From positions 11,866 to 26,784 of the forward strand of contig JBHLRQ010000038.1 of the NCBI GenBank assembly GCA_048882385.1: a stretch of DNA of 14,919 bases. Reading direction: 5' to 3'. The stretch comes from Candidatus Thorarchaeota archaeon. Lineage in GTDB: Archaea; Asgardarchaeota; Thorarchaeia; Thorarchaeales; Thorarchaeaceae. Positions within the stretch are counted from its first letter, which is position 1, and every line of letters starts with the position of its first letter. Shown piece after piece: positions 7,969 to 14,919 of the stretch. The notes beneath the pieces are model-generated. The model did not search any database and had not been told where the DNA came from. It worked only from the letters and a program-made list of their open reading frames with translations. The position numbers and the translations under genes are program-made.

Positions 7969-8687
7969 TCATCTTGAAATTTAGATGATCTGCCGTAGCC
8001 AATTCGATTGCGTCCAGTCATTTGGTCAAATCGTTCATGGATATTCTGTCTTGAGATGCTATTATCACAATCAACACACATGAGAGCCTTAGTTTCTTTT
8101 GCATTTACAATATTGCCACAAGAAATGCAAGTCCAGAGTCCACCTTGGAGGAGTTTTGTCTTCCGATAGATGGCTTTCGCCATATCTCTAAGAGAATCAG
8201 GACAATCTTCAGCCACCCCTATGACTCCTTTTTCTGACCATTCACAAAGAACAGATACGAGTGTGGTCATCAACTCTATGATTCGAGTTGTCCGTTCTTC
8301 TATCTCAGCTGAGGATTCAGACTTTGTATCACGACGAGCATCAGAAATAAGAGATAACATCTCAATAAACGCGAAGAATGCTGGAGCTGGAAATCGGTCC
8401 TTTCCTTTTGCTTCTACCATTTGTCCCAAAACAGCTGAAATCATGAGAGTCTGAGTGTAGTCTTCTCGGAGGATCTTTTCAGCTTCCTCGATTATTTTCT
8501 CAGCATCAATATTGTATTTGTGAGTTTTCAAACCATGTTCATCAGCAATACTCCTAACAGACTCAATAAGTCCCATACCTTTGCTCATTAATCGATTGAC
8601 TCGTCTAGCAACCGTTGAATATGGTATCCCTGCATCATTGGATAGCCTCTGTAGAAGGTCTCTAGCTGTTATACTCAATCGAAGCAC
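7965..8687 (-). CDS. Uncharacterised helical protein with C-terminal Cys4 Zn finger
   Basis: 240-aa ORF with GTG start. N-terminal HTH-like helices (LSNDAGIPYSTVARRVNRL). WTCISC-x13-CVDC near the C-terminus. Its stop overlaps the convergent gene's stop (TTAA). Confidence 0.75.
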   Translation of the reverse strand: MLRLSITARDLLQRLSNDAGIPYSTVARRVNRLMSKGMGLIESVRSIADEHGLKTHKYNIDAEKIIEEAEKILREDYTQTLMISAVLGQMVEAKGKDRFPAPAFFAFIEMLSLISDARRDTKSESSAEIEERTTRIIELMTTLVSVLCEWSEKGVIGVAEDCPDSLRDMAKAIYRKTKLLQGGLWTCISCGNIVNAKETKALMCVDCDNSISRQNIHERFDQMTGRNRIGYGRSSKFQDD

Positions 8688-8812
8688 GTACCTATGGTGG
8701 CATGTGAAGAATGCAGGACAACCATTTTAGGTTACCGTACTTTGATTGAAACACGACTACGGGACAAATCTCATAAAGGAATGTTCGTCGCCAACGCACG
8801 GAGGTCTCTGAA

Positions 8813-9802
8813 TTGAAAGACTTTGACATCGTCTTGGCAAGCGGAAGTGAACACCTCAAGACTAGTTTTCAAGAGAAGGATTTTCGGGTTTTTACTTCTG
8901 CACTCAACTATGATAGAAGGAGACTATTCCCAAATGCAGACATCTACGCAAAGTTGGAAGACATTTCGGAATTGTCAGATAGACGAATCGTTGTAATTCA
9001 ATCATGCACTGGTTCAGGACCTGCAGAGAAAGAGCCCTACACTACCTCCGATAGGGTTGTTGAACTACTCTTGCTCTTAGATCTCTTATCACGACCAGTG
9101 GTAGTGAAGAAGGTGGGTCATAAGAAGTACGAGTGTGAATGCATATCTCCTCCCTCACACGTAGAAGTGGTCTTGACATTTCAGCCATTTGCATTGCAGG
9201 ACAAATCCTTCAAGACTGGAGAAGCAGTATCTGCCCGATGGGCTATTGAAACAATTGCTAAAGCTTGTAACAAGGTTTGGGTTGTAAATCCACATGCTCC
9301 AGATAGTTTAGACTGGGTTCAAGAACTTCGAGACAAGAACTTGTATGAATCAATTGATGTAATTCCCGAACTTGTGAAGCTTGCTGAGAAGCAATTTGGT
9401 TTCAATAAAGCTGTCTTAGTTACTCCAGATGAAGGGGCTCAAGAGCGATACCAGATAGATGGATTTGGAAAGAATCGCGAGAATTCCTACAAGATTGATA
9501 TCACCGGAGACTTGGATGTTAGGGATAAACAAGTGATTATAGTAGATGATCTCACAAAGAGTGGCAGCACTCTTTTGAAGGCAGCTGATCGGTTACGAAA
9601 CCAGGGCGCAGATGATGTAGGAATGATTGTAGCTCATGTGTTGCCACTAATGGAAAAGGGGGAAGAGCTTCTCGAAGAACTCATTGAAAGAGCGAGAGGA
9701 ATGATTGTCACTACAAATACAGTTTGCACTGAGACCTTCTGCGAGAAAAATCCTCATCTAACGTATGATATTGTAGAAAAATTGGTTGAAGTTCTGAAAT
9801 AG
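8813..9802 (+). CDS. prs: Ribose-phosphate pyrophosphokinase (PRPP synthetase)-like protein, archaeal-type, divergent
   Basis: FPNADIY (cf. FPDGE), IVVIQS, ELLLLLD, FALQDKSFKTGEAVSA (cf. YARQDxxFxxGExIS), VNPH, TPDEGA, KNR and IIVDDLTKSGSTL (PRPP/R5P loop). GGAGGT SD 7 nt before the TTG. Confidence 0.8.
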   Translation: MKDFDIVLASGSEHLKTSFQEKDFRVFTSALNYDRRRLFPNADIYAKLEDISELSDRRIVVIQSCTGSGPAEKEPYTTSDRVVELLLLLDLLSRPVVVKKVGHKKYECECISPPSHVEVVLTFQPFALQDKSFKTGEAVSARWAIETIAKACNKVWVVNPHAPDSLDWVQELRDKNLYESIDVIPELVKLAEKQFGFNKAVLVTPDEGAQERYQIDGFGKNRENSYKIDITGDLDVRDKQVIIVDDLTKSGSTLLKAADRLRNQGADDVGMIVAHVLPLMEKGEELLEELIERARGMIVTTNTVCTETFCEKNPHLTYDIVEKLVEVLK

Positions 9803-9813
9803 AGAAGATGTAA

Positions 9814-10035
9814 TTAGACGTAATCTTCAGCCCTACCAGTTGCGCTCCAGGCTTTTGCACTTATCCTCTCGGCAAGATTACGTTTCTCTAAATCAAGAAG
9901 TGCCTGAACTACGTCATTTTGATTGCACTCAATGTTTCGACGTTTGAGAACTGACGTTATAGCATTAGGCCTGTGGGCGTCAGCTAAGATTAGCTCGAGT
10001 ATTTTACGTTGCAGCTCAGTAAGGTCCTCGCTCAT
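9814..10035 (-). CDS. Small winged-helix DNA-binding protein (73 aa)
   Basis: MSEDLTELQRKILELI...RPNAITSVL...NDVVQALLDLEKRNLAER....WSAT matches wHTH topology. ATG 10035 avoids the overlap with udp that the track's 10176 start would create. Confidence 0.75.
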   Translation of the reverse strand: MSEDLTELQRKILELILADAHRPNAITSVLKRRNIECNQNDVVQALLDLEKRNLAERISAKAWSATGRAEDYV

Positions 10036-10152
10036 TGTAACCAATGAAGTCGGCTTCGATTGGGTTCTTAAGCCTATCTCTGCAACCAGACTACGAAAAT
10101 AATTGTACGAAACCCTTTTCTCTATGACATCAACAGCGCCACTGGTTATACA

Positions 10153-10890
10153 ATGGTCGAAGACAGAGAGTATCACATTGGGATTGCTGCTGGAGAGATT
10201 CCAAAACTAGTTTTACTACCAGGTGATCCTGACCGAGCTAAAGCTATTGCAATGAATTTCTTTGATGAACCTGAAGAGATTGCAAGAAAACGAGAATATT
10301 GGAGTTTTAGAGGGAAGTGGAAAGGGATTCCAGTTGCAGTATGCTCAACTGGTATTGGTTGTCCTTCTGCTGCAATTGCAATTGAAGAACTTGTCAAGGT
10401 GGGCTGTACAACATTCATACGCGTGGGCACCTCTGGAGCAATAAGCCGTGATGTTAATACAGGAGACATCGTCATCTTTACCGGTGCAGTGAGGGATGAT
10501 GGAACCTCCAGACAATATGTTCCAATAGCTTATCCAGCTGTCGCAGATCCTTCAGTTGTCCTAGCTCTGAAAAATGCTGCTCGGGATAGAGGAGTAACCT
10601 ATCATGTTGGAATCGGACACAGTAAAGACGCGTTCTATAGTGAACATCCAGAACTTGTTGCAGATCCTGAAGGAACAAGACGAAAATGGGAAATGATGAG
10701 AGGATCAAAGGTACTTGCTACCGAAATGGAAGCTGCCGCATTGTTTGTAATCGGAAATCTTCGAGGCGTCAAAGTAGGCACAGCATGTGTTGTGATTGGA
10801 GAAAATGTTGAGAAAGAGGCAAAGATTGTAGGCAAACCTCCTATTGATGACCTAGTATCGATTGCACTCGATGCCATTATCTCAGTATAG
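10153..10890 (+). CDS. udp: Uridine/nucleoside phosphorylase (NP-I family)
   Basis: YHIG, LLPGDPDRA, REY, STGIGCPSAAIAIEEL, FIRVGTSGA, AVRDDGTS, DAFY and EMEAAALF. Confidence 0.92.
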   Translation: MVEDREYHIGIAAGEIPKLVLLPGDPDRAKAIAMNFFDEPEEIARKREYWSFRGKWKGIPVAVCSTGIGCPSAAIAIEELVKVGCTTFIRVGTSGAISRDVNTGDIVIFTGAVRDDGTSRQYVPIAYPAVADPSVVLALKNAARDRGVTYHVGIGHSKDAFYSEHPELVADPEGTRRKWEMMRGSKVLATEMEAAALFVIGNLRGVKVGTACVVIGENVEKEAKIVGKPPIDDLVSIALDAIISV

Positions 10891-10902
10891 AATTGAAACC
10901 CT

Positions 10903-11697
10903 CTAGATGCCTTCAAACCACACTTTCTTCTGAACTGCCATGTGAATTTGCTCTATAGTCCTCTTATCCAAACCTGTAAGAGTCACAAGCTGATCAGGAC
11001 TTGTTGCCACGAGATCAGTTGTTGTTGATATTCCAGAATTGAGAATCTGATTGATTGTCGGCTCAGGAGTACCTAATTCAGTGAGAAGTGTGCGAAGATC
11101 AGCAACAGTCGCATCACTTGCTTTTGGTGGTGCGACATCCGGCATCTCTGCTTCTATTGGATCTTTTTCAGTTGGTGCAGGAGCAGAAGGAGGTACATCA
11201 GATTTCAAAGCACTAAGTTCTGTCAACTCTCTAACACCATATTTCTGAATGAAGGAAGGACGTAGAAAAATTATACCAAGAATGAAGGAAAGAAACAGGA
11301 ATGGAATCAAGAATGTGCTACTTATGTCGATGCCCACAATCCCAGTAATTCCAGGAGCAATCAGTCCATCAGTTATTCCTTCGGTAAACAGCGTAGTCCA
11401 AGACTCACCAGCTAGGTCTGTGAATAATATTAGATAGATTGGAGAGAAGAAACCAAAACCTCCAGCCTCATAAATGATGAATTCTCTGAACATATCTCTT
11501 CTAGCAGCAAATACGACTATTGAAGGAAAAATAGCAATTCCTAATGAGATGAAGAACCAGATAACATAGACATTCCAAAGCATATCTAGGATTAGCGGAT
11601 CAACCACGCCAACACCCATTGCTTTGATCACTGCTGCAACAAAGAAGATAATTAGTGGGATTACAGCACCAGTCACAATCCCATGAGCATATCTCAT
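10903..11697 (-). CDS. Membrane protein (about 4 TM segments) with Pro-rich linker and C-terminal helix-hairpin-helix domain
   Basis: Hydrophobic segments in the N-terminal ~145 aa. Linker VPPSAPAPTEKDP..PDVAPP. Tail INQILNSGISTTTDLVATSPDQLVTLTGLDKRTIEQI resembles RadA-N/NusA-C HhH. A GAGGTG SD favours ATG 11697. Confidence 0.75.
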   Translation of the reverse strand: MRYAHGIVTGAVIPLIIFFVAAVIKAMGVGVVDPLILDMLWNVYVIWFFISLGIAIFPSIVVFAARRDMFREFIIYEAGGFGFFSPIYLILFTDLAGESWTTLFTEGITDGLIAPGITGIVGIDISSTFLIPFLFLSFILGIIFLRPSFIQKYGVRELTELSALKSDVPPSAPAPTEKDPIEAEMPDVAPPKASDATVADLRTLLTELGTPEPTINQILNSGISTTTDLVATSPDQLVTLTGLDKRTIEQIHMAVQKKVWFEGI

Positions 11698-11854
11698 ACC
11701 TAAACACACCTCAGAAGCGGTTACCGATAGAATTTGTGTTGAGCGATTCTTTTAGGTGTTTTGCGGATTTCCTCAACCAGTAGTAACGATTTAGTACAAT
11801 AGATTAAGGTCCGTCATCCTTATGAGGTTCATAGAACCATGCAAGAAAGAAGTG

Positions 11855-12946
11855 ATGCTACTGAAGCCCTTTTTCGTCGTTGGGACAAGACCTGAGATTA
11901 TCAAGATGGCACCTATTATTCATGAATGTGAAAATAGAGGAATTGAGTATTATCTCCTTCATACAGGTCAGCATTATTCTAGGAATTTGAGTAACCTATT
12001 CTTTAGAGACTTGGATTTGAAGGATCCGCAAAAGAATCTCAATATCGGATCAGGTTCACATTCAGAGCAGACCGCGAAAGCATTAATCGGAACTGAGAAA
12101 GAATTAATGAAGGAAGAACCAGATGTTGTTCTAGTTCAGGGAGATACTAACGCAGTTCTATCAGCAGCTCTTGCGGCAATCAAGCTCAATATACCTGTAG
12201 GTCATGTTGAAGCAGGCTTGAGAAGCTACGACATTAGAATGCCAGAGGAACACAATCGAAGATTGACAGATCACATATCGGAATTTCTTTTCGCACCAAC
12301 TCAGAAGTCAGCTGATATTCTCAAAGGAGAAAACATCTGGGGAAAGATATTCGTTACAGGAAATACAGTGATTGATGCACTTGAAGGACTAATGCCAAAA
12401 GCGAAAGGAAGGTCAACTATTGCAGATGAGTTGGGTCTAAGTCATTTTGCATTACTAACAATGCATAGAGCTGAAAACGTTGATGACAAACTCACACTTG
12501 CTGGACTTGTCAAGGGACTTTTAGATCTTCAAACCGATATCATATTTGCTGCGCATCCGAGGACAATATCAAGATTGACTGAATTCGGATTGATAAAAAG
12601 CATAAAGGGAAGTGATCGGATTCGAATTATTGAACCTCATGGTTATCTTGATTTTCTTGCACTAATGGAATCGTGTTCATTCGTATTGACTGATTCTGGA
12701 GGAATACAAGAAGAGGTTACAGCGCCTTCAATAAACAAGAAAGTGTTTGTTCTCAGAACTTCCACCGAACGCCCAGAAGCAGTAGCTTCAGGCCATGCAA
12801 CAGTTGTAGGAGTGGACCCGGATAAATTTCCAAGCATTATCAGAAAGGAAATCAATGAGGGGCTCGTAAAACATAGAGATTGTCCTTATGGGGATGGTCA
12901 AGCTTCGAAAAGGATTGTAGATATACTCTCAGAGCATCTTAGATAG
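11855..12946 (+). CDS. wecB: UDP-N-acetylglucosamine 2-epimerase (non-hydrolysing)
   Basis: GTRPEIIK, HTGQHY, VQGDT, HVEAGLRS, MPEEHNR, HRAEN, TDSGGIQEE, TERPE and PYGDG. Start is probably ATG 11855; the track gives 11822. Confidence 0.96.
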   Translation: MLLKPFFVVGTRPEIIKMAPIIHECENRGIEYYLLHTGQHYSRNLSNLFFRDLDLKDPQKNLNIGSGSHSEQTAKALIGTEKELMKEEPDVVLVQGDTNAVLSAALAAIKLNIPVGHVEAGLRSYDIRMPEEHNRRLTDHISEFLFAPTQKSADILKGENIWGKIFVTGNTVIDALEGLMPKAKGRSTIADELGLSHFALLTMHRAENVDDKLTLAGLVKGLLDLQTDIIFAAHPRTISRLTEFGLIKSIKGSDRIRIIEPHGYLDFLALMESCSFVLTDSGGIQEEVTAPSINKKVFVLRTSTERPEAVASGHATVVGVDPDKFPSIIRKEINEGLVKHRDCPYGDGQASKRIVDILSEHLR

Positions 12947-13020
12947 TGTTTTTGGATATAAATGCGCAAATCAACTAGAATAAGTTAAAACGCGCTATAA
13001 AGGCTGTTTCTAAGCATATC

Positions 13021-13065
13021 CTTATAAGTGTCCTAAACGAGGTCTAAACCACCCTTTTGGAGGAG
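13021..13065 (+). promoter_or_regulatory. Putative TATA box (CTTATAAG, 13021-13028) and SD (GGAGGAG, 13059-13065) of the histone gene
   Basis: Both motifs read directly. The SD is 10 nt upstream of ATG 13076. TATA spacing is compatible with a short leader containing the SD. Confidence 0.55.
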
Positions 13066-13075
13066 TAATGAAGAA

Positions 13076-13246
13076 ATGACTTTCATCGTTAAGAAGGCAG
13101 TGCAAGACTACGCAAAGAAGAAGAAGCTACAAGTAAGTGGAGACTTCTACGGAGCACTTGACAAGAAGATCGAAATGCTTCTAGACAAAGCTGCCAAAAG
13201 AACAGGCGAAAACAAGCGTAAGACACTCAAATCTTACGACTTGTAA
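13076..13246 (+). CDS. Small histone-fold protein (56 aa; DUF1931 / face-to-face-like), absent from the ORF track
   Basis: Manual translation: MTFIVKKAVQDYAKKKKLQVSGDFYGALDKKIEMLLDKAAKRTGENKRKTLKSYDL*. Shows alpha1, an L1 loop (VSGD), a long alpha2 and the L2 motif RKTL...D. Has a strong SD and a downstream hairpin. Confidence 0.9.
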   Translation: MTFIVKKAVQDYAKKKKLQVSGDFYGALDKKIEMLLDKAAKRTGENKRKTLKSYDL

Positions 13247-13269
13247 AGTTGAGCCTATTGATGCCGGGA

Positions 13270-13306
13270 GTGGAAGCATAATTCAGTGCTTCCACAACCT
13301 TTTTTC
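13270..13306 (+). terminator. Hairpin + U-tract downstream of the histone gene
   Basis: GTGGAAGCA-TAATTCAG-TGCTTCCAC forms a perfect 9-bp stem (13270-13295), followed by AACCTTTTTTC. Confidence 0.7.
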
Positions 13307-13344
13307 TTCTATCCAATTTTTCCAAACTTGAGGAGAAATGCTGT

Positions 13345-14121
13345 ATGTATAAAGTCTGCCTGACAAATGATGACGGTCCTCGCAGTGAAGGTATGTTGAA
13401 GCTAGCTGAAACTCTTATTGGCACTGTTGAGCTTGTTGTTGTAGTACCCGATGGACAGAGGAGTGCAACAGGCAAATCATTGACACTGAAGAGACCGATA
13501 CGAATAACAGAGAAGCATGAAAGAAACGGATTTCCATTTGTTTCTCATGATGGTGCACCTGCAGACTCGGTAATTTTAGCTCAAGCATTCTATGACGATA
13601 TCGACCTTGTGATATCAGGAATCAATTCTGGAGCGAATGTAGGATATCAAAGCATGTTGACAAGTGGTACAGTTGGAGCAGCATTCGAAGCTGCAATCCG
13701 AGGACTACCAGCTATTGCCGCATCTCGTCAAGCATCGCCCAGTGAATGGTTTGATTCTGCTGGTTCGTATGCTGAATGTGAGAAAATGTGTGAAATCATA
13801 AAAGATCTAAGCCTAAGGATCCTCGAGAAGGGACTCCCAGAAGGAATTGACCTTCTAAACCTGAATTTCCCATCGAAATTGTCCGAAGATTCTAAGATAG
13901 TTGTAACGAAACCTGCAAAGATTCGAATGCATAACGAGGTTGAGAGAAGGACTGATCCTAATGGTAGACCTTACTATTGGTATCTGGGAATTGAGAGAGA
14001 CCCTCAACCAAATTCTGATGCATACGAAGTCTTTGTCAATGGCAACATCTCACTATCTCCTGTCATTCTAGACTGGATTGATGATGATGATCTGAAGAAA
14101 CTCGAAGATTTCATGGTTTAA
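13345..14121 (+). CDS. surE: 5'/3'-nucleotidase SurE
   Basis: LTNDDG, VVVP..QRSATGKSLT, GAPADSV, DLVISGINSGANVG, SGTVGAAFEA, LNLNFP and DPNGRPYYW. GAGGAG SD. Confidence 0.95.
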   Translation: MYKVCLTNDDGPRSEGMLKLAETLIGTVELVVVVPDGQRSATGKSLTLKRPIRITEKHERNGFPFVSHDGAPADSVILAQAFYDDIDLVISGINSGANVGYQSMLTSGTVGAAFEAAIRGLPAIAASRQASPSEWFDSAGSYAECEKMCEIIKDLSLRILEKGLPEGIDLLNLNFPSKLSEDSKIVVTKPAKIRMHNEVERRTDPNGRPYYWYLGIERDPQPNSDAYEVFVNGNISLSPVILDWIDDDDLKKLEDFMV

Positions 14122-14919
14122 GTTTCTCTAGCGCATTCCAAAGTTCGTCTTTGGTGGGACGTTTGAGAGCGATTCCATCGGAATCTGTAACAAGTATTCT
14201 CTTTTCTGGATTCTCAACGATTTTCCCAATTACTCTCGCTGTAATCCCTCTGGAGTGAATTGTATTAACAACTTCGTTTACATTTTTATCATTGCAGCAG
14301 ATAATCATACATCCGCTGCTTATTAGCTCCATGGGACTAATTTCTAAAGCATTACAGATTTCAACTGTAGAATCATCCAGGGGTATTGCATCACTATAGA
14401 TCTCAAACCCAACATTACTTGCATCACATATTTCATGCAGTCCTCCTGAAAGTCCTCCTTCAGTAGGATCATGCATTGCTGTCACAAAACCAGTTTCAAA
14501 TGCTGCAATTCCTTCAGCAACAACACTGATTTGAGACCTCAATCTTTTTGCATGTTCTATTGTCGTAGCTCCAATTCTTCGAGCAAGATATTCCTCGCCT
14601 TCCGTTGCGAGTATTGCAGTGCCTTCAATTGCAATCGTCTTGGTAACTATTATTGAGTCGCCAGGTTTTGCACCAGATGAGGTAGTGTATTCTCCATAAT
14701 CTGAAACACCAATCATGAAACCTGCAACTATGGGTCGATCAATACCTTCAGTTACTTCCGAATGTCCACCAGCTACAGCAATACCAAGGATATTGCAGGC
14801 TTCATCTATCTGTTGCATGATTTGTTGAAGTTGATCAGATGTGTAATCTTTTGGAAGAATTATAGAGGCTAGAAACCAGCGAGGTTTGACACCGAATGTA
14901 GCTATGTCATTCGCATTTA
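14111..14919 (-). CDS. AIR synthase (PurM/HypE/ThiL superfamily)-related protein, 5' end outside the window
   Basis: The frame stays open to the window edge: NANDIATFGVKPRWFLASIILP...GGHSEVT...GAKPGD.IIVTK..AIEGT...AMHDPTEGGLSGGLHEI..AS...LISSG. The track's ATG 14818 is internal. Confidence 0.88.
   Translation of the reverse strand, partial: NANDIATFGVKPRWFLASIILPKDYTSDQLQQIMQQIDEACNILGIAVAGGHSEVTEGIDRPIVAGFMIGVSDYGEYTTSSGAKPGDSIIVTKTIAIEGTAILATEGEEYLARRIGATTIEHAKRLRSQISVVAEGIAAFETGFVTAMHDPTEGGLSGGLHEICDASNVGFEIYSDAIPLDDSTVEICNALEISPMELISSGCMIICCNDKNVNEVVNTIHSRGITARVIGKIVENPEKRILVTDSDGIALKRPTKDELWNALEKLKP

Noticed and set aside
13270-13295. Hairpin as a SECIS element or eukaryotic histone stem-loop
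   Set aside because: No in-frame UGA selenoprotein candidate nearby. Stem/loop size and sequence do not match either consensus.
13227-13475. 82-aa minus-strand ORF in the track
   Set aside because: Overlaps surE, the histone 3' end and its hairpin, and has no protein-like motif.
14111-14919. Possible selenophosphate synthetase SelD or hydrogenase maturase HypE
   Set aside because: Has HDPTEGGL and NANDIA rather than the SelD-type DVTGFGL or HypE-type RDPTRGG motifs. The N-terminus is missing, so it is left as generic AIR-synthase family.
1-14919. CRISPR array, tRNA/rRNA, transposase/integrase or defence system
   Set aside because: No spaced direct repeats, cloverleaf or rRNA-like tracts, terminal inverted repeats or relevant protein motifs were seen. 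All intergenic gaps are 180 nt or less.

Overview
Gene-dense archaeal chromosomal window with 17 CDS and no rRNA, tRNA, CRISPR array or mobile element that I can support. An archaeal origin is inferred from TATA-like boxes, GGAGG/GGTGA ribosome-binding sites, a histone-fold gene, an archaeal-type PRPP-synthetase-like gene and a PAC2-like gene. An Asgard (Thorarchaeia-like) source is only my impression and is not proven. Recognisable enzymes are a tungsten aldehyde:ferredoxin oxidoreductase with its 4x[4Fe-4S] partner, branched-chain aminotransferase IlvE, NADP-glutamate dehydrogenase GdhA, a divergent PRPP-synthetase-like protein, uridine phosphorylase, UDP-GlcNAc 2-epimerase, SurE and a 5'-truncated AIR-synthase-family gene. 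The best new observation is a 56-aa histone-fold gene (13076-13246) missing from the ORF track, with its own TATA-like box, SD and 3' hairpin/U-tract. Several uncharacterised proteins have notable architectures: tandem PH/GRAM-like repeats plus a Zn ribbon, an internally duplicated CdvA/SHOCT-like coiled coil, a Lys5 + Glu14 acidic protein, and a membrane-anchored helix-hairpin-helix protein. Gene orientation alternates gene by gene for about 10 kb.
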